A program made the translations under genes and the position numbers. A stretch of DNA of 21,584 bases from a bacterium (GTDB taxonomy: Bacteria > SZUA-182 > DTGQ01 > JAFGSM01): contig JBLIRP010000067.1 in assembly GCA_049472355.1 (NCBI GenBank), positions 1-21,584 on the forward strand, given 5' to 3'. Shown here piece by piece: positions 1-8,284 of this stretch (the first letter of the stretch is position 1; each line of letters begins with the position of its first letter). The notes under the pieces were generated by a model. The model saw only the letters and a program-made list of their open reading frames with translations, had not been told where the DNA came from and did not search any database.

Positions 1-736
1 CATAGTAGCTGATATGGATGCTTCCCGCAGTATCGATCCCTATGGATGTATACATGCCCACGTCGCCGCTGCCATCTACCGCCTGGGTGTGCCATGATCC
101 GCTGGAATTCGTGGCATACTTGATGACATGGAGGGTCGAATCGTAATAGCTGATATGGACTCCCCCTGATGCGTCAACCGCGATGGAGGTGTACCGGTCT
201 ATGTCACCGTTGATATCCACCTTATAGGTTTGCCATTCGCCCCCTGCGTTGGTCGCATACTTCAGATCACGGCCGGCAATATCAATGTAGCTGATATGCA
301 CATATCCCGCCGAGTCAGCGGCTATGGAGGTATAGGTGCCCACCGCACCCGTGCTGTCCACCGTTCGGGCTTCCCATGAACCGGTGGCATTGGTCGCATA
401 TTTGAGATCGGCATTGCTCGCATCAAAATAGCTGATGTGTGCCTTCCCGATCGGGTCCAGCGCTATGGAGGCATAATCCCCCACCCCGGGCGATGTATCC
501 GGCACCTCGTAGTGCCAGCGGGTGCCGTCATGGTACGCATAGAGAAGATGAGGAGTTCCATAGGCAATGTGGGGATGCCCGCCTGCGTCCACCGCTATTG
601 ACCGCTGAAATACCCGTACAAACTCCCTTGATACCTCTGCGTATTCTATGGTCCAAGCGGCTCCTGCATGATGTAACGGTAGGCAGAGAAGGAGAGAAAA
701 TACCATGATCGGGAATGAAAGACGCCTGTTCGCCAT
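1..736 (-). CDS. Secreted beta-propeller-type repeat protein, 5' part (runs off the window's left edge; absent from the ORF track)
   Basis: Manual translation from ATG at 736 (RBS GGGAGAGGG): MANRRLSFPIMVFSLLLCLPLHHAGA-AWTIE..., a signal peptide followed by ~45-aa repeats DxxGxVGxYTSIAxDxxGxxHISYxDxxxxxLKYATNAxGxW. Confidence 0.85.
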   Translation of the reverse strand, partial: MANRRLSFPIMVFSLLLCLPLHHAGAAWTIEYAEVSREFVRVFQRSIAVDAGGHPHIAYGTPHLLYAYHDGTRWHYEVPDTSPGVGDYASIALDPIGKAHISYFDASNADLKYATNATGSWEARTVDSTGAVGTYTSIAADSAGYVHISYIDIAGRDLKYATNAGGEWQTYKVDINGDIDRYTSIAVDASGGVHISYYDSTLHVIKYATNSSGSWHTQAVDGSGDVGMYTSIGIDTAGSIHISYY

Positions 737-1090
737 GTGCTACCCTCTCCCTTGAGGTAATCGTTGTGTGACGAGATTGCGTGAATTAAGGACTGGCGTT
801 ATCGGCTCGGATTTGCTTAACCTATAGGCATTATACTGCCTGAAAGGGAAATATGTCAAAAGGTTGTGCCTGTTCACCTTCCAAACCGGATCGGCATTCC
901 TTGATCACTGTATCATCAATAAGACGCATCATTAACGAGATGTATCATGGCAGCCTGCTTACAGCCCATATGACGTTCATACGGGGAAAATGATCCCTTC
1001 ATGCGTCTATTGCATCAGAAATCAGAAAATCCCTTCCGGAAAGAGGAGCAAAGGACACATATAGTATCAAACTCGAAAAGGAGGCGCATC

Positions 1091-1609
1091 ATGAAATCGA
1101 ATGCCCTGGTAAGATTCGTAATGGTATGGTGGATTGCACTTGCCATGATCGTTGTCAGCACTCCCATAGCGTATGGCATGAACAAGGCCGATCTGGTCGA
1201 GAAGATGGCGGGCGATGCGGGTATCGTAATAACTCCTCCAAGTGCCTATCAATCCGTAGGTGTTCTGGTGGCAAATCAAGGGACCTGGTTAAACCATCCA
1301 CCGATTATCTTAGAAAATCCAACGTACAATGCCGTTGAAGCAGGCGCAACCTGGAGCAACATACCGCCATACAACGTTTTGTGGCCGCTGTGGAGCCCCG
1401 CCCTTTCCCCGGCAGATGCCGCCGTCTATATGGAGGCCCCCTTGGTTACGGATACATCCCTTGTCCCCCTGATGGTTGTCCCGGGAATAAACGGCGACGG
1501 AGTCATTGGGGTAATCATCATGGGTCCATCGATGCCGGGCATGGATGGATCCATCACTGATGATGTGAATTTCGTCACCAAAGAGGTACTGCCCTGGTGG
1601 GCATTATGA
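1091..1609 (+). CDS. Secreted hypothetical protein with an HU-like N-terminal segment and a PPYNVLWPLWSP motif
   Basis: ORF 1001-1609; preferred start is ATG 1091 after AAGGAGG. Hydrophobic signal peptide ends AYG, then MNKADLVEKMAGDAGI. Motif shared with 2308-2823. Followed by a terminator. Confidence 0.75.
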   Translation: MKSNALVRFVMVWWIALAMIVVSTPIAYGMNKADLVEKMAGDAGIVITPPSAYQSVGVLVANQGTWLNHPPIILENPTYNAVEAGATWSNIPPYNVLWPLWSPALSPADAAVYMEAPLVTDTSLVPLMVVPGINGDGVIGVIIMGPSMPGMDGSITDDVNFVTKEVLPWWAL

Positions 1610-1719
1610 TGCTGCCGGCACGTACACACTGATCATCCGCCTTCCCTTGTATTGACGAATGATTGAAATGGCTCATTGGATATAATACAAGGTGCGGGGA
1701 AGGATTTCAGGGAGATTAA

Positions 1720-1762
1720 ACAAAGGGGTTAGGGTGTCTCCTAACCCCTTTGTATTTTTTTT
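1720..1762 (+). terminator. Intrinsic terminator hairpin
   Basis: Perfect 14-bp stem acaaaggggttagg / cctaacccctttgt, 6-nt loop, followed by a T run. Confidence 0.8.
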
Positions 1763-1866
1763 ACTGGATCATATTTGAACCACCGGCATCGGCATATCAG
1801 GGAGCATCTATTGCATCCCCCCGATGAGAGTACCTTCACCTCGATGCTAATGGACATTTATAAATA

Positions 1867-1901
1867 GTGAAAAGCACCATACTTTACATGGTGTTTTTCA
1901 C
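1867..1901. repeat. Inverted repeat (terminator or binding site)
   Basis: gtgaaaagcaccat - 7 nt - atggtgtttttcac, 13/14 complementary. Confidence 0.45.
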
Positions 1902-2009
1902 GATATTCTTCTGATAAATAGAGCGAAAAATCGTAGATACCTTCTATGTCGAGGGCGGTGAAGTCACGGCAAGGGCAGGAAATATGGTTGGGAACTCATT
2001 TCAGGCAAA

Positions 2010-2243
2010 ATAAAAGGGAATGGCTGCACCGGAGAATCGTTCAACAGGTCAACGGGTCCTTTATCTGATCAGAAAATATCCGGCAAGCAAAGGCGTTTCT
2101 CGGCCAGGGAGCCGGCCCGGATGCCTTTATATCTATCGGATTCATGTAGGGATAGAACGGACGTAGAGCAAACTATTTCTGACATAAAAAGGGGCCGAAA
2201 AACTTGTCTAAACAGAAATAAGGATTTTGATCGTTTCTCCTGA
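2010..2243 (+). pseudogene. Decayed copy of the antitoxin at 7393-7665 plus the first bases of its toxin
   Basis: Aligns by eye to ~7441-7677 (e.g. ggagaatcgttcaacaggtcaacgggtcctttatctgatca vs ggagaatcgctcagtaggtcaacaagtcctttatcttatca; tatttctgacataaaaaggggccgaa vs tatttctgatataaaacggggccgaa), with indels and no 5' end. Confidence 0.8.
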
Positions 2244-2307
2244 TTAATGATTTACAGCGGCTTACATGGCATTCATCTCAATCCTCAAGAAATGACTGTT
2301 CATCATC

Positions 2308-2823
2308 TTAGAATGGGGCGACGAGTTGAATAGCAGTCAGCAAGAATGCATTAGGGAAGTATTGATCGGTATATGCCGTGTTTGCAAGTGGAACATATTC
2401 TGAAAGAAAAACGCTTGAGACGGGAGGAAATGCAGAATAATTGGATGGAAGCGCAATCGGTAGAGGTTCAAAAGTAAACGGATTGATTAGATGAAAAGGG
2501 GGCCACATAGACAAGGCGTCCTGTAATACATCATAGTATACCACGCCAAAGGGGCTATTATAAAGAAACCAGGGATAAGGCATATATGGATCCCAGGCAA
2601 TGGCGGGTTGGTAAGGAAGATAGGTAAAACGATTCAAGCTGCTGACAATCGGTGTCGGAAGTTGAGTCGTTGCATTAACGGGTGACAAAATGGGTGACCA
2701 CAAGGGCCATAAGACATTATAAGGCGGCAGAGATGCCCAGTTTTGGGATTGCGCTGAGGGAACCAAAACCAACAAAAAGGTGGAAATAATGAAACAGAAA
2801 AAAACTATTCTTCTCTTTGTCAT
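2308..2823 (-). CDS. Secreted Pro/aromatic-rich protein (PPYNVLWPLWSP motif)
   Basis: 171-aa ORF, RBS GGAGGGG, signal peptide ending SAQS then QNW; rich in P, L, Y and W. Confidence 0.85.
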   Translation of the reverse strand: MTKRRIVFFCFIISTFLLVLVPSAQSQNWASLPPYNVLWPLWSPILSPVNATTQLPTPIVSSLNRFTYLPYQPAIAWDPYMPYPWFLYNSPFGVVYYDVLQDALSMWPPFHLINPFTFEPLPIALPSNYSAFPPVSSVFLSEYVPLANTAYTDQYFPNAFLLTAIQLVAPF

Positions 2824-2980
2824 GGTCTTCCCCTCCGTTTTTCATGATAAATTATAAACATGCTGTTTTAGTATTTATAATCTGCGTATTCCGACGGATT
2901 TGAACAAATCATACAATTCTCCTCTGAATGATTTCATTCTTCACTCCATAATTGCAGAGTCGATCGGCATATTTGCCACA

Positions 2981-4015
2981 TCAGTAAACCGGATAGTAAC
3001 CCGGACGATATGGAGAATATCCGGGATAGCCCGGCGGTTGATATTGGGGATATGGACCTCTGGGATAACCTGGTGGTTGATATTGCGGATATGGGCCACC
3101 ACCGGGATAACCATACACAGGATACCGGGTACCGTACGGATTGCCGCTGGTGCCATATATGCCATATTGAGGGCCTCCGGGGGCGCCATAATAGCCGCCG
3201 CCGTATATTCCATAACCAGGTACAGGACCCGTGCCGTAACCATAATACATACCGCCTGGGCTTCCGGGATAAATGCCTCCAGTACCGTACAAACCCCCAT
3301 ACAAACCCCCATACATGCCCCCATACATGCCGCCATACATGCCCCCATACATGCCGCCGTATATGGGGTATATGGGGGTGTACGAACTTGATTTTTCGGT
3401 GACGTTTATATATGAACTTGAGAAACTTATAGACGCATTGGTGGAAAATTTTCCATCATCATTTTGAAAGTTCGCAAAATTACCCCAACGTATAGCTTCT
3501 CTCTCCCAACAGAGGTCATCAAAGTAGTCACTGTCGGCCAGGGCGATAGAATAGAGTTGGAAGTCTTCTCCGTAAATACGTATTTTGTTAACCATCGTAT
3601 CATCATCGAAATTGTAAGTTATACTATTATTTTCAGATGAATGCCTGAACGTTAGATAAGCAAATGATTTTGACTCATACGTTCTTTTAGTATCATCAAA
3701 ATAGTAATCATCCTCCTTTCCGATTCCAACAACAAGGCGGTCATTTCCTGAAGTATCATATTCATTTTCATTATCTCTTGTTCTGAATACTATTGAAAAA
3801 TCATTTCCATCATCATCTTCCATATAAACAACAACATCATAAGTTTTTTCGGCTTTGATTTCCCATCTGATGAACTGGGCGTCATCAGCCGATTCATCGA
3901 TGTCATCAAATTCAATCCAGGGCTTTTCAGCCAGACTCGGATTAACCAAAAGGAAAAGACTGACAAAAAGAAACAGGACGATTCCCAGCACATTCAAAAT
4001 GCTTATCTTCCCCAT
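2981..4015 (-). CDS. Secreted protein: acidic globular domain plus Gly/Tyr/Pro-rich low-complexity C-terminal tail
   Basis: 344-aa ORF, RBS AGGAGGG, signal peptide ending SLA. Tail carries YGGM/YGGL repeats and GPYPQYQPPGYP twice. Confidence 0.85.
   Translation of the reverse strand: MGKISILNVLGIVLFLFVSLFLLVNPSLAEKPWIEFDDIDESADDAQFIRWEIKAEKTYDVVVYMEDDDGNDFSIVFRTRDNENEYDTSGNDRLVVGIGKEDDYYFDDTKRTYESKSFAYLTFRHSSENNSITYNFDDDTMVNKIRIYGEDFQLYSIALADSDYFDDLCWEREAIRWGNFANFQNDDGKFSTNASISFSSSYINVTEKSSSYTPIYPIYGGMYGGMYGGMYGGMYGGLYGGLYGTGGIYPGSPGGMYYGYGTGPVPGYGIYGGGYYGAPGGPQYGIYGTSGNPYGTRYPVYGYPGGGPYPQYQPPGYPRGPYPQYQPPGYPGYSPYRPGYYPVY
3284..3362. repeat. 12-bp coding tandem repeat (YGGM/YGGL)
   Basis: About six to seven units of ccatacatgccc / ccatacaaaccc. 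Confidence 0.85.
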
Positions 4016-4612
4016 GATTATTCCCTCCTAACACATGACGTTCGTTCTTTCATATTCGACAAAAAAATTATATGTGAAGTTGAGAAACGGCAAAGCATCT
4101 TTTAAAATCAATTCGTACTGAAGGAAATAACATGTTTACGCAGGAATTTATTAATTTTCTGCAGCAACAAATTGAATTATAATATTGATGATGGATCTTC
4201 TCTGCCTGTTCATTTTCCGGCTGTTTCGAGGATGACGTATTTTGCCTCTTCTGCTTATAAGGAGCAAAAATCAAGGCTGCCAATTCCAATAAATTTAGTC
4301 TAAAAATTGCTGTAATTCATGTTACCTCCTCCATTTCATCCCTTCTTCCCTCCGCATTAAATCAGGGGATAACTGATTTATGCAAATATACAATAAAAAC
4401 AAGGGGAAAGAATCCATATTAAAATTATATTAGTTTAAATAACATTTGGCAATGGCAAAAAATGCGATGCCTTATGTAGTGTTTTTTACCATATCCATAT
4501 GATTACAAAGCGTTATATCCCGCTCTCACAATCAATACCCCCCATGCTTACCCGGGCTGCCAAATGATCATCATTGTCAAGCACGGAAGCGGTTCCTTTT
4601 GAAAACATCCGA

Positions 4613-4729
4613 TCAGCCCATCTCCTTATGCACCCAATGAATGGCCTGCCGAAGGAGGCCCTCGCCATCCTTCAGCTTCAGTTTATTCTTGATGCGTGCG
4701 CGATACGCATCGACTGTTCGTATGCTCAG
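4613..4729 (-). pseudogene. C-terminal remnant of a LuxR/NarL-type HTH regulator
   Basis: Manual translation LSIRTVDAYRARIKNKLKLKDGEGLLRQAIHWVHKEMG* fits the end of the LuxR HTH (LSxxTVxxYRxRIxxKL). Upstream in-frame sequence is unrelated and no receiver domain is present. Confidence 0.8.
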
Positions 4730-4861
4730 AATCGAGCGCAAACACGATAGCCTGGAAGCAAATTGAGACCAACCAAAATAATCCAGTACCTTGCGCCTTT
4801 TACGCCAAGGGATAAAAACTGCAAGGGGGTTTTTTTATCCTAATAAAGATAAGCTATAATG

Positions 4862-5764
4862 CTAATACATGCTCATACTAAATGTACCAGTGTCTGCGAC
4901 CTGGCCCGAATCGTTCTTAATCTTATATTCCCCATCGATTTTAAAATTAAATTTTCCTGGTGGACGGTACGCATATACACACCCTTGGTTCCCGAGGGAA
5001 TTATTGGCTGTGCCTGTAAACTCTGCAGTATATCCCGACTCGAATGCTGCCTTGAAAGAGATGGGGGATTTATCGTGTGTCGGAGTATACAGAAATTCCG
5101 TAAGAGATCCTTCCCCCAGAGGCAAGGATGATCCTTCCATGGTGAGGATCGTATTATTGCGATCGACCTTCAGACTGCCTTCTTCCCCGGATTCCTGGCT
5201 TTGCCAGGTTCCGTTGATGCTTTTCGGGGCGTCATACGGCCTGGATTCCGGCCTTGTATTAGGGACCGGAATGATTACCGTATTTCCGTACTGGGGAGTG
5301 ACATTGATGATCGGAGAATACAACTGTGTATAGGGGAGGGTAATGGGAGGTGCGCCCTGCCATAAATAAGTCCCCATAGAGGATGCAGGGCTAAAAGACA
5401 GGCTCGGAATGGAGTAAAAGGGGGTTGACCCTATGCCGCTCGCATAGTTGGTGAAACCCGTTAATCCAGCGTAGAGTCCTCCATATGTATTACCATAGGA
5501 CGATCCCGGGAAAGAGAATAACCCTGGGGAGAAGGAACTCCCATATGCTGGGAAGGGATTGTTGCTGAAGGCCCCTCTACGAATGGGCGTCATATTTAAG
5601 GAGGGAAACGAAGTATTGAAGAAAGGCCCGGAAAACCATGCACTATTGCCTGCGGGTGACCATTGGGCTGCTGATCCTGAGGCATACATCAGACTTATAA
5701 GGATGACCATTACCATGCCGACAGCTATGCATTTAAGTAAGTTGTTTTGATCTTTGCTACGCAT
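4862..5764 (-). CDS. Secreted hypothetical protein, paralogue of 8285-9163
   Basis: 300 aa; signal peptide ends SAA then QW; S/P/F/Y/G-rich N-half; C-domain shares SSLPLGEG, YTPT, PISFKA, YTAxFTGTA and SGQVADTG with the paralogue. Confidence 0.85.
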   Translation of the reverse strand: MRSKDQNNLLKCIAVGMVMVILISLMYASGSAAQWSPAGNSAWFSGPFFNTSFPSLNMTPIRRGAFSNNPFPAYGSSFSPGLFSFPGSSYGNTYGGLYAGLTGFTNYASGIGSTPFYSIPSLSFSPASSMGTYLWQGAPPITLPYTQLYSPIINVTPQYGNTVIIPVPNTRPESRPYDAPKSINGTWQSQESGEEGSLKVDRNNTILTMEGSSLPLGEGSLTEFLYTPTHDKSPISFKAAFESGYTAEFTGTANNSLGNQGCVYAYRPPGKFNFKIDGEYKIKNDSGQVADTGTFSMSMY

Positions 5765-6046
5765 TTTGTTCCTTGCTTGCTTGCTTGATCACCATAATCT
5801 TTCAGGTGATCCGATTTTCTTTATTGCATGGATGGCAGGATGATGCTGTTGGACGCCGTATCCTTTCCTGTCTTCGTTGCTATATCCGAGATCATCAAAC
5901 CGGTGAGGCGTTTTTTAAGCAAGGCGTATAGACCTAAAACAGGCCCTCCCGGTTCACCACCTTTCAATCCTTACAACCATGGCTGAGTGGTAAAGGATCT
6001 TTCCTGATCAGCCATAAGGCTCGTCGGTTTGTTGTTCATGCAGGAT

Positions 6047-6216
6047 CATTACTGTCCAACTGTTTTAAAAAATGCGATTTTTTATCTTATAACTCTTTGA
6101 TGTTATTGAACCGCTCTTTTAAATCCAATTTGAAATCGATTAAGCGTAAAAACCATCAAAGCCCTTGATAATTGAGCTTTTCAAGCCTCATGATATATAA
6201 CATTTGGACAGTAATG
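6047..6216. mobile_element. 170-bp MITE (non-autonomous IS derivative)
   Basis: Terminal inverted repeats CATTACTGTCCAA(C/A)TGTT (17/18). Flanking direct repeat ATGCAGGAT at 6038-6046 and 6217-6225. Empty site with a single ATGCAGGAT at 9433-9441. Confidence 0.9.
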
Positions 6217-6401
6217 ATGCAGGATATGATTTTTTATTGCAAAACTCCTATTATTAGATTCTAATGCGGAGATTTAAATTATCAATAGTAGAAATTACGA
6301 TACCTTGTGTAATGATTTTCCCCCTCTTTTCTTATTTGATAAGAAGTAGAATGATCGTAGAAGCCCTATATTTTGCATATGCAAAAATTTTGAATAAAAG
6401 A

Positions 6402-6518
6402 CAAACCCTCATGCCGCTTTGCGGCGCCACGAAGCATGAAAATAGCGTGCTATTTTCAGAGCAAACGCTCATGCCCTTTCAGGGCGCCACGAAGAATGAA
6501 AATGCTATATTTTCAGAT
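6402..6518. repeat. Tandem doublet of ~60-bp palindromic REP-like units
   Basis: caaacYctcatgcc..ggcgccacgaag.atgaaaat...attttcaga twice (starts 6402, 6462). Internal hairpins gccgc-ttt-gcggc, gccct-ttc-agggc and tgaaaatagc-gt-gctattttca. Absent from copy 2. Confidence 0.8.
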
Positions 6519-6831
6519 GAATACAGGATATTTTTAAGACAAAGAGATAATCTATCCTGAAGCGGCATGAATAATAGTCACCTCCAATAATGAGATATCA
6601 TTAAGCCAAGGTGCACTAACGTGAGGAAGGAAATGAGATACATACCATCGCCGGAATCAACGTCTCGTAATCCCAGTTTGATACAAATAAGACGTGATGA
6701 TTTGTTGACAGTTATGGCAATTCATTCCTTTTTTCTCCTTGTTTTAAAATCCCTTTCCCATTTGCCGAGAATAGGCTTATACGTTACAGTGTGATACCCT
6801 TATGATTCTATGGGGCTCCTCCGCTTTTCGA

Positions 6832-6885
6832 TTAATATCCAGGACGGGATATGATATAATTTATATAGTATCGGCTGATCGATAC
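6832..6885 (+). promoter_or_regulatory. Putative sigma70 promoter and operator of the first TA module
   Basis: TTAATA-17 bp-TATAAT with extended TG (6832-6860); palindrome gtatcg-N6-cgatac at 6868-6885. Confidence 0.5.
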
Positions 6886-6944
6886 GAGAACTCAATCATT
6901 ATGGTTTTGTTATTTTGGGCACCAAATTCACAGGAGGAGAAGAT

Positions 6945-7157
6945 GTGAAAACGCTTGAGGAGAAGGTTAGAGAATTATCGCCTGAACTCCAGCAAGAGGT
7001 CGAAGACTTTGTGGAGTTCCTCATTAAGAAGCGGCTAAAACGGGCGAGAACCAAACCTAAATTTAATTGGGCGGGGTCTCTTAGGGATTTGCGCGATCAA
7101 TACACCTCAGTTGAACTTCAGCATAAGATTTCTGCATGGAGGATCGGGTTGCAATGA
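6945..7157 (+). CDS. DUF2281-like antitoxin
   Basis: GTG start after AGGAGGAG; LSPELQQEVEDFVEFL...KFNWAGSL...YTSVELQH pattern; stop overlaps the ATG of a PIN gene (ATGA). Confidence 0.8.
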   Translation: MKTLEEKVRELSPELQQEVEDFVEFLIKKRLKRARTKPKFNWAGSLRDLRDQYTSVELQHKISAWRIGLQ

Positions 7158-7229
7158 GGCTTCTCATAGATACCAACATCTTTCTGGAGGTTATTTTAGA
7201 CCAAGAAAAAACAGGCGATGCAAAGTCCC
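7154..7229 (+). pseudogene. Truncated PIN/VapC toxin (N-terminal ~24 aa only)
   Basis: MRLLIDTNIFLEVILDQEK is a PIN N-terminus. Similarity ends at a 21-bp tRNA-derived repeat; the frame runs on in unrelated sequence to 7330. Confidence 0.8.
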
Positions 7230-7250
7230 CCACCCCGCACTATGTCGCTT
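7230..7250 (-). repeat. 21-bp exact copy of the tRNA-fMet 5' end plus leader
   Basis: ccaccccgcactatgtcgctt at 7230-7250 is identical to 9984-10004. Confidence 0.85.
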
Positions 7251-7326
7251 CAGTTAATAAGGGCAATTTCAGGAATGGGTGCAGGAGTCGTTCCTGGAGT
7301 TGCCCGCTCATACTATCATACTATCA

Positions 7327-7365
7327 TTGACATTTTCATGAATAAAGATTACTATTTCATGAAAA
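7327..7365 (+). promoter_or_regulatory. sigma70 promoter with two TTCATGAA palindromes (likely TA autorepression operator)
   Basis: TTGACA (7327-7332), 17 bp, TACTAT (7350-7355). TTCATGAA at 7335 and 7356, 21 bp apart. Confidence 0.75.
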
Positions 7366-7392
7366 GAACATTGCAGAGAGGAGATGATAGTT

Positions 7393-7665
7393 ATGGCTAA
7401 TCTTCAGATAAAGGGTATCCAAGATGATCTGTATGAGCGAATAAAGGAAATGGCGGCATCGGAGAATCGCTCAGTAGGTCAACAAGTCCTTTATCTTATC
7501 AAAGAATATCTGGCGAGCAAAGGTGCTTCTCGATCAAGGAAGTCGCCGGCCCAGATTCTTTTAGAGCTATCGGGTTCATGGGAGGATACTGGAGACGCGG
7601 AGGAAATTATTTCTGATATAAAACGGGGCCGAAGAAACTCGGCTAAATTGAGAGAGGGATTCTAA
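7393..7665 (+). CDS. FitA/VapB-like ribbon-helix-helix antitoxin
   Basis: MANLQIKGIQDDLYERIKEMAASENRSVGQQVLYLI fits the RHH pattern; RBS GAGGAG; abuts a PIN toxin gene. Confidence 0.8.
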   Translation: MANLQIKGIQDDLYERIKEMAASENRSVGQQVLYLIKEYLASKGASRSRKSPAQILLELSGSWEDTGDAEEIISDIKRGRRNSAKLREGF

Positions 7666-8064
7666 TTGTTTCTTTTGGACACAAACATAATCATTTATAT
7701 TCTAAAAGGGCATGAAATTGTTAGAAAAAATTTGCTCAAGCATCTTCACGATCCTATAGGCATAAGCGTTGTAACGCTTATGGATCTCTATTATGGGGCC
7801 TACAAATCACAAAAGTTGGAAAGCAACCTAGCCAAGGTCAGGGCACTTGAAAATCTTATCGAGATTGTATCATTGGGAAAGGAGTCGGTTGAAATCTTTG
7901 GTATCCAAAAGGCCAGACTGGAAAAATCGGGCACCCCTTTGGATGATTTTGATCTCATCCAGGCTGCCTGTGCGATGACGCATAATCTTATCTTGGTTAC
8001 CAATAATACAAAGCACTTTGAACGAATAGAAGGATTAAAATTGGCAAATTGGGCGAATGATTAA
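7666..8064 (+). CDS. vapC: VapC-family PIN-domain toxin
   Basis: 132 aa, TTG start; LLDTNIII ... DDFDLIQAACA ... LILVTNNTKHFERIEGL. Confidence 0.9.
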   Translation: MFLLDTNIIIYILKGHEIVRKNLLKHLHDPIGISVVTLMDLYYGAYKSQKLESNLAKVRALENLIEIVSLGKESVEIFGIQKARLEKSGTPLDDFDLIQAACAMTHNLILVTNNTKHFERIEGLKLANWAND

Positions 8065-8284
8065 CATTATGAGTATTTCCCGGCAATTTCAGAGACGACA
8101 TATTTTTGTTCCTTTTAAATATCGTGAAATAGTCCTTTAGTTGTTCTGCTGACCATGAACCATCCTTATACGCTTGGTAACGAACTGAAAAAAGAACATG
8201 ATTGCCATAACCAAAGGAAAAACATAGCTAATCCTTGTAATAATAGTAGAGTCAATTATTCGAATGGCATCATTATATCATGGT

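Larger units (their letters stand above)
5865..6707. repeat. Copy 1 of duplicated non-coding block upstream of the paralogous genes (interrupted by two insertions)
   Basis: Colinear with 9259-9785; identical runs of 44 bp (5945-5988) and 63 bp (6598-6660). Confidence 0.9.

Noticed and set aside
439..708. 89-aa plus-strand ORF
   Set aside because: Antisense to the repeat-protein gene on the minus strand.
2900..3467. Plus-strand ORFs with PPYM/IHA repeats
   Set aside because: Antisense readings of the YGGM repeat in the 2981-4015 gene.
6402..6518. CRISPR array
   Set aside because: Only two abutting units with no unique spacer, and no cas genes in the window.
6264..6560. 98-aa ORF with LMPxxGATKxEN repeats
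   Set aside because: Translation of the palindromic repeat insert; the frame is not preserved in copy 2.
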